A stretch of DNA of 64,000 nucleotides. It comes from an uncultured Verrucomicrobiae bacterium (lineage in GTDB: Bacteria; Verrucomicrobiota; Verrucomicrobiia; Chthoniobacterales; Terrimicrobiaceae). The notes beneath the pieces are model-generated. The model searched no databases, was not told where the DNA came from, and saw nothing but the letters and a program-made list of their open reading frames with translations. How positions within the stretch are numbered: the stretch's first letter is position 1; each line of letters opens with the position of its first letter. This document shows positions 40,870 through 50,134 of this stretch, in pieces. Both the position numbers and the translations under genes were made by a program. The stretch spans positions 683,395-747,394 of the forward strand of contig CAVPOC010000003.1 in NCBI GenBank assembly GCA_963706955.1. Direction: 5' to 3'.

Positions 40870-42042
40870 TTACATCGCCGCGTCGCGCAGGTCGTTGGCT
40901 CTGTCTGACCGCTCCCAAGTCAAGTCGGGATCGTCTTTGCCGAAGTGACCATAGTTGGTGCTCTTTAAGTAAATCGGACGCAAAAGATTTAGCTGCTCGA
41001 CGATTTCGGCGGGCTTGAAACTGAAGGTCTGCAGGATTGCGTTTTCGATACGCTCTTCGGGAACGCGATTTGTTCCGAACGTGCTGATACTGACGCTCAC
41101 GGGCTGGGGATGACCGATCGCATAGGCGAACTGCACTTCGCACTTCGCCGCCAGGCCTGCGGCGACCACATTTTTGGCCACATAGCGGCCCATGTAAGCG
41201 GCGCTTCGGTCGACTTTGGACGGATCCTTGCCCGAAAAGGCTCCGCCGCCATGGCGTCCCATCCCGCCGTAAGTATCGACGATAATCTTGCGGCCGGTCA
41301 GGCCACTATCGCCCTGCGGGCCACCAATGACAAAGCGTCCGGTCGGATTTACCAAATACTCGGTCTTGGAGTTTAGCAGCGACTTCGGGAGCACTTTCTT
41401 AATCACCTTCTCCACCACGAATTTCCTGAGTTCCGAATGGCTGACCTCCGCCGAGTGTTGGGTGGAGACGACGACATTCGAGATGGCGATCGGGTGGCCG
41501 TTTTCGTAGAGCACCGAGACTTGGCTTTTGGCATCCGGCCGCAACCAACCGACTTTGCCGCTTTTGCGCAGCCGGGTCAGTTCTCGGCCAAGCCGATGGG
41601 CAAACATGATCGGTGCCGGCATCAGCTCAGGGGTCTCATCACACGCATATCCAAACATCAACCCTTGATCGCCGGCACCCTGCTCGGCTGTCTTTTTTCC
41701 CTTCGCTCTTCTGGCATCTACCCCCTGGGCGATATCTGAACTCTGCGCCGTGATGTAGTTGCTCACAAAGACGTGATCAGCGTGAAAGACGTCGTCATCG
41801 TGCACATAGCCGATCTCGCGGATCGCCTGACGGATAATCGCATTGTAGTCAAACCGCGCCTCGGTGGTGATCTCACCTCCTACAACAACAATGTTGCTCT
41901 TCACGAAAGTCTCGCAGGCGACCCGACTCAGTTTATCCTGCGCCAGGCAGGCGTCCAAAATCGCGTCCGAAATCGTATCACAGACCTTGTCGGGGTGACC
42001 TTCACCCACCGATTCTGAAGAGAAAATATAGCGTCGAGGCAT
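40870..42042 (-). CDS. metK: S-adenosylmethionine synthetase
   Basis: [36 protein letters not shown]. Confidence 0.98.
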   Translation of the reverse strand: MPRRYIFSSESVGEGHPDKVCDTISDAILDACLAQDKLSRVACETFVKSNIVVVGGEITTEARFDYNAIIRQAIREIGYVHDDDVFHADHVFVSNYITAQSSDIAQGVDARRAKGKKTAEQGAGDQGLMFGYACDETPELMPAPIMFAHRLGRELTRLRKSGKVGWLRPDAKSQVSVLYENGHPIAISNVVVSTQHSAEVSHSELRKFVVEKVIKKVLPKSLLNSKTEYLVNPTGRFVIGGPQGDSGLTGRKIIVDTYGGMGRHGGGAFSGKDPSKVDRSAAYMGRYVAKNVVAAGLAAKCEVQFAYAIGHPQPVSVSISTFGTNRVPEERIENAILQTFSFKPAEIVEQLNLLRPIYLKSTNYGHFGKDDPDLTWERSDRANDLRDAAM

Positions 42043-42047
42043 TTACT

Positions 42048-42073
42048 TATTAAAGTATTTGCATATTTTAATA
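42048..42073. promoter_or_regulatory. AT-rich palindrome (putative operator / overlapping divergent promoters)
   Basis: TATTAAAGTAT-TTGC-ATATTTTAATA: 10 of 11 arm positions are complementary; it fills most of the 37-bp metK/regulator spacer. Confidence 0.65.
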
Positions 42074-42079
42074 CGTCTG

Positions 42080-43000
42080 GTGGCCTCGATTGTCAACTCA
42101 CTGCGCGCGATCTCTGATCCAACTCGATTGCGGCTGCTCTTATTGCTTGTGGAGGAAGAACTAACGGTCGCGGAATTGCAGGAAATTCTTGGCATGGGCC
42201 AGTCACGGATTTCAGCAAGTCTCGCCTTGCTCAAGCGGGAGGCGATCGCAAGAAATCGTCGGGTTGGGAAGAACATCTTTTACGCGGTTCGTCCGGAGAT
42301 CGTCTCTCCGCTTCGACCGATTCTTGAAGCCGCCAAACTCGAATTGCCGGAGGCTGGGAGCGACAGCGCTGCCATGGCTCTGGCATTGCGCAAACGCAAA
42401 GACAAAGCCGCCGAATATTTTAACAAGTTAGCGGGCAAGTTTGGGCGCACCTACATTCCCGGGCGGTCCTGGCAGGCGTTGGCACATGCGCTGCTCAGGC
42501 TTCTTCCAGCCATGGTGATCGCGGATCTGGGTGCGGGCGAAGGCACCTTGTCGCAACTGCTTGCCCGGAGGGCGAAGAAGGTAATCGCCATCGACAACTC
42601 AGAAAAGATGGTTGAGTTCGGCTCGAACCTTGCGCGCGAACATGGTTGCAAAAATCTCGAGTATCGTCTCGGTGACATTGAAGATCCGCCGATCGAGCAC
42701 GGGAGTGTTGACCTGGCACTCTTCAGCCAGGCGCTCCATCATGCCTCCAGCCCGCAGAAAGCCGTGTCGGCCGCCCACGGCATTCTCCGCGATGGAGGCC
42801 GCGTCGTCGTCCTCGACCTGGCGAGTCATAGTCACGAGGAGGCCCGCGAATTGTACGCGCACGCTTGGCTCGGCTTTTCCGAGGTCGAGTTGCAGGAAAT
42901 TCTGGCGAAGGCAGGTTTTTCTGAGATCGAGGTCAGCGTCGTCTCCCGGGAAGCGCAGGCTCCTAACTTTCAAACGCTGCTAGCGGTTGCCACCAAGTGA
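42080..43000 (+). CDS. ArsR-family regulator fused to SAM-binding methyltransferase domain (SahR-like)
   Basis: SDPTRLRLL..L...ELTVAELQEILGMGQSRIS HTH; ADLGAGEG motif I; next to metK/ahcY. GTG start at 42080. Confidence 0.88.
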   Translation: MASIVNSLRAISDPTRLRLLLLLVEEELTVAELQEILGMGQSRISASLALLKREAIARNRRVGKNIFYAVRPEIVSPLRPILEAAKLELPEAGSDSAAMALALRKRKDKAAEYFNKLAGKFGRTYIPGRSWQALAHALLRLLPAMVIADLGAGEGTLSQLLARRAKKVIAIDNSEKMVEFGSNLAREHGCKNLEYRLGDIEDPPIEHGSVDLALFSQALHHASSPQKAVSAAHGILRDGGRVVVLDLASHSHEEARELYAHAWLGFSEVELQEILAKAGFSEIEVSVVSREAQAPNFQTLLAVATK

Positions 43001-43282
43001 AGCTGGCACGCCGCTGAAGTGGTTCTCAAGAGCGGGGTTGGTGCACCGCGACAAACGTGCTCGAGTTCGGCAGTCGGCTCGGGCGCTTCATGCAATCCGA
43101 CCCGGGTTTCGGAAACCGTTCCGTCGCCCAGAGATCTCGGAATCTTATTCCTGAATTCGAGACCGGCGCCATTTCCAGCGTTGCTCCGGGCCAAGAATCT
43201 CTGGTTGGGGGACTCACAAAGCACAACCATCTTGAATTGAAGCGGCACGCCGTTTCAGACTTGCGAGAATGGACGGCATCTC

Positions 43283-43726
43283 ATGAACGAGAACTTCTGG
43301 GCAATGCTGACGGTTTTCGGTTTGGGAATCGCTTACTTCCTGGCAGCGATTCCTACCGGCGTCGCCATGCATTTGAATCCGTGGATGGCCGCCCTTTGCG
43401 CCTGGGCAGGTTATACAGCCATTGCTGCGGCCATGCTGGCGGTGGGAACGCCCGCTCGTAAATGGTTGACGGAAAAATTCCATATCTCCGCCCGGCCCGA
43501 CCCCGAAAAGTTCCTCTGGCGCGTTTGGATGCGCTGGGGATTGCCTGGTTTGGCGCTGATCGCACCGGTGACCTGCGGTCCGTATTTCGCCGCCTTGATC
43601 GCGCTAATGCTTAGGGAACGGCCCGCGCGCGTCCTTCTCTGGATCGCCCTTGGGGTGATTCCGTGGTGCATCGTTTTTGTGGTGTTGGCCGAGACCGGAA
43701 GTCATTTGTTTCAGCCGAAAACGTAG
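43283..43726 (+). CDS. Small hypothetical membrane protein
   Basis: 147 aa, about 4 hydrophobic segments, WGLPGLALIAPVTCGP. Confidence 0.65.
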   Translation: MNENFWAMLTVFGLGIAYFLAAIPTGVAMHLNPWMAALCAWAGYTAIAAAMLAVGTPARKWLTEKFHISARPDPEKFLWRVWMRWGLPGLALIAPVTCGPYFAALIALMLRERPARVLLWIALGVIPWCIVFVVLAETGSHLFQPKT

Positions 43727-43730
43727 TCCG

Positions 43731-44363
43731 ATGAAGACGAAAAAAACTCACACTCAAAGATCGCCAGCGCGCTCAATGACCAAGCGCCATCGGCAGGCGC
43801 CACCCGCCATTAGGACTTTGGCGCAAGCGAAAGCGTTCGTTCGGCAAGTCGGAATGTGCGGAATTTTCTCGGATGCCAACGGAACGATGCCGTGCTTATG
43901 GAACGCAGTCGACCTGCCATCGCGCAGACCGGGAGAACGGGGTTGGGGTGAGAAAGTAAGTGCCATTTGGCGATGGAAAAACGAGCTTCCGGCCCGCTAT
44001 CCGAATGAGATCTTCTATGGAAAAACGAAGAGTGGTCTGGCCGTCCTCATGAGCGTCGCGTATCTTCGGGATAATCATTATCCTAAGCATCACCGTCCGC
44101 TAAGCGACTGCAGCGCCCTGGCACGGCAACTCTATAGTCTGATCAAGCTGGATCCAATCAGGACGGGACCGCTCCGTGAAGAGATGAATATGATCGAAGG
44201 CCCCGCACGGCATATGTTCGATCGCGCGTTGCGAGAACTTCAGGCAACGCTGAATATCGTCCGTCGCAACAGCCCGCGTGATGAAAACGATACCTGGGTT
44301 CCGTTTTCCGAACAGTACCTCGACGTTCTCCGACAAATGCCGCCGACGTCACCGCGGTCCTAA
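43731..44363 (+). CDS. Hypothetical protein, possibly AlkZ-related winged-helix
   Basis: W.WKNELP...IFYGK and FDRALRELQATLNI patterns; family assignment is tentative. Confidence 0.5.
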   Translation: MKTKKTHTQRSPARSMTKRHRQAPPAIRTLAQAKAFVRQVGMCGIFSDANGTMPCLWNAVDLPSRRPGERGWGEKVSAIWRWKNELPARYPNEIFYGKTKSGLAVLMSVAYLRDNHYPKHHRPLSDCSALARQLYSLIKLDPIRTGPLREEMNMIEGPARHMFDRALRELQATLNIVRRNSPRDENDTWVPFSEQYLDVLRQMPPTSPRS

Positions 44364-46183
44364 GTTTTGACGACTTGCTCAAGAAGTGCGTTGATGCGCT
44401 TGAGCATCGCCTGAGGATCCTCAAGAAGCCCCGCGGCAATCAGCGCGTTGTCATAGATCTGTTCAGCAACTTGCTTAGAGAGTTCCTCATTTGTTTTCCG
44501 AAAGCCGTCGAGGCCAACCATCATTGGATGATTGGGGTTAATCTCCAAGTCGTGCTTGAAAGGACCGTCCGTCCCGCGATTGAGATTCTTCAAGATGCGC
44601 CGCATGCTCGAAGTCATGCTCTTGTCACTTTCCACGATCACAGCCGGACTGTCGACCAGGCGTTTTGAGACACGCACTTCGTCGATCTTCTCGCCGAGAG
44701 TTTCCTTGATAAAGTTGCAGAGCAAGCGCGCGGCCGTGTCGTCGAGCTTTTTCTCGCCTGCCTCCAGCGCGATCTCCGCTCTCTCGGCAGGGGCCAGCTT
44801 CTTCCCCTCAAACTCCCGTAGATGTTCCATGACAAACTCGTCCCATGGATCGAAGAGGAAAAGAGCTTCGTAGTTTTTTACTTTGAGAGCTTCGTAATAA
44901 GGACTCGCCAGACATGTTTCTCGATTCGGTCCGGAAATGTAATAGATCTCCTTCTGGTCCTCGGGCATTCGGGCGACGTAATCTGCAATGGCAACCGGCG
45001 AATCCGATTGGGAGGTCTCATAGCGAAGAAGCTTCGCGAGCGGCTCACGCTGCGTGAAGTCGCTGACCACGCCCTCCTTGAGAAAGTGCCCGAATTCTTT
45101 GAAGAACCCGATGTATTTGTCGGCGTCGCTCTTAGCTTCCTCCTCGAGGAACTTTAAGAATCGACCGGTGAGCACACGGTTGAGTTTTTGTAAGAGTGCC
45201 GAATCCTGCATCGTCTCGCGCGAGATGTTTAGGGGAAGATCTTCACTGTCCACGACGCCTTTGAGAAAGCGAAGCCATTCCGGAAGCAAGCCTTTGGATT
45301 TTGATTGGATCAGAATTCTTCGACAGTAAAGATGAACTTCTGACTCGATCTTAGGCATGCCCAGCTTTTCCATGCTGTTCTTCGGCACGAAGAGCAGCGC
45401 GTTGATCGCCAGAGGCGCATCTGCACTGAAGTGAAATCGATAGAGCGGCGGCTCAAGATCATGCCCGATGAACTTGTAAAATTCTTCGTAGTCCGTCGCG
45501 GTCAGCTCGGACTTGCTCCGCATCCAAATCGCGCGAATCGTATTGACCGCGCTGCCATTCAGCTCGATCGGAAAAGCGACGAAGTTTGAGTAGCGCTTGA
45601 TGATCGCTTCGACGTGATGCGCTCGCGAAAACTGGCGATCGTCCTCTTTCAGATTGATAACGATCTTCGTCCCACGTGGCAAATCCAAACCCGGCTCGAT
45701 ATCATAGGAGGTCACACCATCCGAACTCCAGATCCAACCTGTTTCCTCCGGCTGGGACGAGCGTGTGTAGACCGTCACTTTAGTGCCGACCATGAAAGCG
45801 GAGTAAAATCCGACGCCGAACTGGCCGATGAGATTGGGATTGCCGGCGTTCTCCCGGATTTGTTGAAGGAATGCCTTTGATCCGGAATGGGCGATGGTCC
45901 CGAGATTCTCGATGAGCTCCTCGCGCGTCATCCCAATGCCGGCGTCCGCTATCGAGATGGTGTGAGCGCTGTCGTCGGTGCCAACGGCGATCGTCAGTGG
46001 ACGATCGGACTCAAAAATCTCGGCCCCGGAAGTTTGCAGAAATCTTAGTTTCTCCGTGGCGTCCGCCGCGTTCGAAATCAGCTCGCGGATAAAGATCTCC
46101 TTATCCGTATAGAGGGAATGGATGACAATATCAAGGAGTTGGGCAATTTCCGCCTGAAATGCGTGCTTCTCAAGGGTGCTCAT
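44360..46183 (-). CDS. htpG: Molecular chaperone Hsp90
   Basis: KEIFIRELISNAADA, NLGTIAHSGS, IGQFGVGFYS, DSEDLPLNISRE. Confidence 0.97.
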   Translation of the reverse strand: MSTLEKHAFQAEIAQLLDIVIHSLYTDKEIFIRELISNAADATEKLRFLQTSGAEIFESDRPLTIAVGTDDSAHTISIADAGIGMTREELIENLGTIAHSGSKAFLQQIRENAGNPNLIGQFGVGFYSAFMVGTKVTVYTRSSQPEETGWIWSSDGVTSYDIEPGLDLPRGTKIVINLKEDDRQFSRAHHVEAIIKRYSNFVAFPIELNGSAVNTIRAIWMRSKSELTATDYEEFYKFIGHDLEPPLYRFHFSADAPLAINALLFVPKNSMEKLGMPKIESEVHLYCRRILIQSKSKGLLPEWLRFLKGVVDSEDLPLNISRETMQDSALLQKLNRVLTGRFLKFLEEEAKSDADKYIGFFKEFGHFLKEGVVSDFTQREPLAKLLRYETSQSDSPVAIADYVARMPEDQKEIYYISGPNRETCLASPYYEALKVKNYEALFLFDPWDEFVMEHLREFEGKKLAPAERAEIALEAGEKKLDDTAARLLCNFIKETLGEKIDEVRVSKRLVDSPAVIVESDKSMTSSMRRILKNLNRGTDGPFKHDLEINPNHPMMVGLDGFRKTNEELSKQVAEQIYDNALIAAGLLEDPQAMLKRINALLEQVVKT

Positions 46184-46441
46184 TCCATCTGCTTCTTTCG
46201 AGCAAACCCACTTCCTGTCAAGAACGCATTTCCCCCCATCGAAACAGGGAGACGCCCGAATGTTAGCCTCGCTCTTCGTCTTCTTCCGAGCCGCTTAAAC
46301 CAGCTTAGAGAACTCAACGCAGGTGCGGCCCAAGGGCTAATTGGGTCGCTGGTCGCGCTAGCTTGATCTATGTCAAGGATTCTCTTGACGCGCGCGCTTC
46401 CACGATTGCGGACCGGCGGGGAACATGACAATAATCAGGCC

Positions 46442-48339
46442 ATGCCCGCTCCTACCAAAGCTCCCCAAGTCAAGGCCTCTCGAGCCATCAGCAAACCCAA
46501 GCCGTCGACCACCGGCGGGCCGAAATCCCGAAAGCCTCTCGCCAAGAACAAGAATCTGATCACGTGGGTTGAGAAGATGGCCAATCTCACGAAACCGGCC
46601 GCGATTCATTGGGTTGATGGTTCCGAGAGCGAGAACGAAGCGCTGTGCAATGAATTGGTAGCCGGCGGAACATTTACCAGGCTGAATGAAAAGCTTTGGC
46701 CGGGTTGTTTCTATGCGAAATCGGATCCGGGCGATGTGGCGCGCGTGGAGGAGCGGACCTTTATTTGTTCGCTCTCGAAAGACAACGCCGGCCCAACGAA
46801 TAACTGGATGGATCCTTTCGAGATGCGGCGCAAACTCAAAGGGTCTGTTCAGTGGCTGCATGCGGGGACGGACGATGTACGTGCTGCCATTTTCCATGGG
46901 TCCGATTGGTTCGCCGATGTCCCAAATCGGCGTCCAGCTCACCGACTCGGCCTACGCGGTGGTGAACATGCGCATCATGGCGCGCATCGGTCTGCCGGTC
47001 TTCCAGGAGATCGACAAGAACCTCCAGACGGGTCGTGCCTTGCATGCATTCCGTCGGTGCTCCGTTGAAGCCGGGCCAAAAGGATGTGCCCTGGCCATGC
47101 AATCCCGAGAAATATATTGTCCACTTTCCTGAGACGCGTGAGATCTGGAGCTACGGATCCGGCTACGGCGGCAATGCCTTGCTCGGGAAGAAATGCTTCG
47201 CGCTGCGAATCGCCTCGAACATTGCGCGGGATGAGGGGTGGATGGCCGAACACATGCTCATCCTCGGGGTGGAAGATCCAAAGGGCGAAAAGACCTATGT
47301 GGCTGCCGCCTTTCCGAGCGCCTGCGGCAAGACAAACTTCGCCATGCTCATCCCGCCGCCGCACTTTCAGAAAGCCGGTTGGAAGGTCTGGACTGTCGGC
47401 GACGATATCGCGTGGCTGAAACCCGATGCCAACGGTGGCATTCGCGCCATCAACCCGGAGACTGGCTTCTTCGGTGTCGCGCCCGGGACCTCCGCCAAGA
47501 CCAACCCTAATGCCATGGCTGCTCTCGCGAAAAACACCATCTTCACGAACGTTGGTCTCACTCCAGAGGGCGGCGTCTGGTGGGAAGGCATGACTGACGA
47601 GCCTCCCGCGGAGTGTACCGATTGGCAGGGCAAGCCGTGGACACCCAAAATCGCCAAGGAAACCGGCGCGAAGGCGGCTCATCCGAATGCCCGCTTCACA
47701 GCACCGGCCGCGCAATGCCCAACCATCGATCCCGCTTGGGAAGACCCTGCCGGCGTCCCGATCAAAGCGATCATCTTTGGGGGACGCCGCGCCAGCACCC
47801 TCCCGCTCGTTTGTCAGTCCTTCAACTGGAGCGGAGGAGTTTACATGGGAGCGACGATGGGCTCGGAGATGACCGCGGCGGCGGCCGGCGGCTTGGGACA
47901 AGTGCGACGCGATCCGATGGCCATGCTCCCCTTCTGCGGCTATCACATGGGCGACTACTTCCGCCATTGGATCAAAATGCAGCGGTCGCTCAGCGAGACC
48001 CCTCGGGTCTTTCTCGTCAATTGGTTCCGCAAAGACGCCGACGGAAAGTTTCTCTGGCCGGGATTCGGAGAGAATATGCGGGTGTTGAAGTGGGTCGTCG
48101 ATCGCGTTCGCGGTCGCGCGTTGGGCAAGGAAACACCGCTCGGCTGGCAGCCAGATTACGACGACATGGATTGGGAAGGTCTGAAGTTCTCGCGCGACGA
48201 TTTTGAGGAGATTCAGCGCGTCGATGACGAGGCATGGCGAAGCGAGGTCATCGGCCATGAAGAGCTCTTCCTGAAGCTCCATGACCACCTGCCCAAGGAA
48301 CTCATCTACGAGCGAGAGCTACTGATCTGCCGGTTGTAG
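46442..48339 (+). CDS. pckG: Phosphoenolpyruvate carboxykinase (GTP); two apparent frameshifts near 46843 and 47025
   Basis: [58 protein letters not shown] spread over three consecutive frames. Confidence 0.93.
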
Positions 48340-48396
48340 CGCGCTGATCGGAAAAAGTTGCGGCAAACCAGGAATTAAGTGGCCCGAATGAGCGCG

Positions 48397-48462
48397 TTGT
48401 AGGGGCGTTTGTGTCAAACGCCCAGCGAAAATCACAGGCGCTTGGCACAAGCGCCTCTACAA
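48397..48462. repeat. GTAG-type REP doublet (REPIN-like)
   Basis: TTGTAGGGGCGTTTGTGTCAAACGCC and inverted copy TTGTAGAGGCGCTTGTGCCAAGCGCC, each an 8-bp hairpin preceded by GTAG, between convergent genes. Confidence 0.8.
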
Positions 48463-48466
48463 TATT

Positions 48467-49471
48467 CTAGCGCTCAACTCGAACCGGCACGCGTCTGGGT
48501 GGTTCGAGCGAGTCTGTTACCTCAAACTTGGACGCTTGCACCTTGATAAAGCTGAGAACCACCGGCGCGAGGATGATGCCGGGTATTCCCAGGAGTCGCT
48601 CTCCGAAGAGCAGCGCAAGGAGCGTGAGCCACATCGGATGTTTAATCCGACCACCAATGATCTTGCTATTCAAGAAGTACTCCAACTTGTGAATCGTGAT
48701 CAGGAAGAGGAGCGCCCAGCCGGCAAACTGCGGGGAGATCGTGAAGGCGATGCCAACGATTATGGCGTTGCTAATGATGTTGCCGATCACCGGCAGCAAT
48801 CCGCACAAGAAAGTTAGCACGATAACAACGGCGGCATACGGAAGGGAAGTCGCGTAGACAAACATCGACGTCAGAGTGGTGTTGATGCCCGAGATAATCA
48901 CCTGCGCGCTCATCACTTTTTCAAAGTTCTCGTAGAACGATCGGAAGAGCTCTGCCACCCGCGCGCAATGCAGGGAGTAGATATTGAGAGGCCTGGGGGA
49001 TTGATCGAAATCGAGGGTGGGATTGATGAAGATGCTCACTGCCACGACCACTCCCACGATGACGAGCAGGAACTCCTTCGTGGCCAGGCCGGCGTAACCT
49101 CCCAGATAGACGGCGGTTTCGTGAATGCTTTCAATAAGTAGCGATTTAAGACTTTCCATATCCGTGAAGGGCAAGACGATCCCACGCTCGGTCGCAAAGC
49201 GCACAATCACCGGAATGGTTGTCGATGCGATCTCCGGCAGTGCCTTGACGGCATGCCTGACAAAAAAAGCAAAACCATAAAACAAGGCGCACAGAAATAT
49301 TAGGAACAGACCGATGGATACCCACTTGTATTTTCCGAAGGAGAGCGCTCGAAGCGCAAGAGAAGCGAACAGAATCGTGACGAAGACCGTCGTCAGATGA
49401 AATGCTCCGACGGCAATGACAATCAGGATGAAAATTGCGTAGGAGACCGCAAGCGACTTGTCCTGATGCAT
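48467..49471 (-). CDS. AI-2E family transporter
   Basis: AQVIISGINTTLT, CGLLPVIGNIISN, IHKLEYFLNSKIIG; start at MHQDKS. Confidence 0.88.
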   Translation of the reverse strand: MHQDKSLAVSYAIFILIVIAVGAFHLTTVFVTILFASLALRALSFGKYKWVSIGLFLIFLCALFYGFAFFVRHAVKALPEIASTTIPVIVRFATERGIVLPFTDMESLKSLLIESIHETAVYLGGYAGLATKEFLLVIVGVVVAVSIFINPTLDFDQSPRPLNIYSLHCARVAELFRSFYENFEKVMSAQVIISGINTTLTSMFVYATSLPYAAVVIVLTFLCGLLPVIGNIISNAIIVGIAFTISPQFAGWALLFLITIHKLEYFLNSKIIGGRIKHPMWLTLLALLFGERLLGIPGIILAPVVLSFIKVQASKFEVTDSLEPPRRVPVRVER

Positions 49472-49553
49472 CTGGCAAAGATTTAAAAGCCGCGGCGCCA
49501 GAGCGACAACAAAAAGATGTGAAGCAACACCGGCTGGTCCGAGAAGAACTCTT

Positions 49554-50129
49554 CTATTCGGATGAAGGAGTTTCCGGGCCTTGCATGGGCCTTCGTTGAC
49601 GGGGTCGAGAGAGCCTCTGGTGGAGCACGAACCCGGCCATGGCAAGCGGAGGAAATGCCAGCCAGGGCCAGAAAGCGAGTAGCGGCGGCAAGGGGCGTCG
49701 AACGTCAAGATCACACGAGAGCAGAACCTCTCTTCCAGCCTCGAGCACCTTGATCTCAAGGACTGACGGTCCGGCGCTCTTCATGGGAACGATGGCCGAG
49801 TAGAGGAACCTATTATTCGAATGGCCGCGGAGGGCAGGTATTCTTTCAGTGCGGGATTCCATCGTGCAGCATGGAGGCAGCCAGTCGGCTGAAGAATCCG
49901 AGTTCGCTCGCCAGGAAATATCGACGTCGGCATCAAGAACCGGCTTCTCGCCTTTCTGCACCAAGACGCTGACATCCACCGGACCGGCACGAAGCGGTGC
50001 TGGCGAGGCAAAGACAGTCAACTGAAGGCCGTCAATCGTCTGCCGCGCGATGATGGCCCCTCCGTCGCCGTAGCAGCATGCCGCCAATGAGGAGAACAGG
50101 ACCAGGACCGCGGAGAAAAGCCTGCGCAT
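49554..50129 (-). CDS. Exported, C-terminally anchored hypothetical protein (appears fused in-frame to upstream gene)
   Basis: Own signal peptide MRRLFSAVLVLFSSLAACCYGDGG, LTVFASPAPLRAGPVDVSVLVQ and a C-terminal TM segment. Confidence 0.55.
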   Translation of the reverse strand: MRRLFSAVLVLFSSLAACCYGDGGAIIARQTIDGLQLTVFASPAPLRAGPVDVSVLVQKGEKPVLDADVDISWRANSDSSADWLPPCCTMESRTERIPALRGHSNNRFLYSAIVPMKSAGPSVLEIKVLEAGREVLLSCDLDVRRPLPPLLAFWPWLAFPPLAMAGFVLHQRLSRPRQRRPMQGPETPSSE

Positions 50130-50134
50130 AGTTT

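Noticed and set aside
42999..43252. Near-repeat GAAGC(T)GGCACGCCG at both ends of the spacer, or a sigma54 site
   Set aside because: Only about 14 bp, no -12 TTGC at the correct spacing, and no element-like interior.
46184..46441. CIRCE/HrcA operator upstream of htpG; GTCAAG-N6-CTTGAC palindrome
   Set aside because: No TTAGCACTC-N9-GAGTGCTAA; the palindrome may simply be back-to-back -35 hexamers of divergent promoters.
46975..48288. Long antisense ORFs (437 aa opposite pckG; also 51351..52631 and 57118..58074)
   Set aside because: Shadow ORFs expected from GC-rich codon bias opposite well-supported genes; no motifs.
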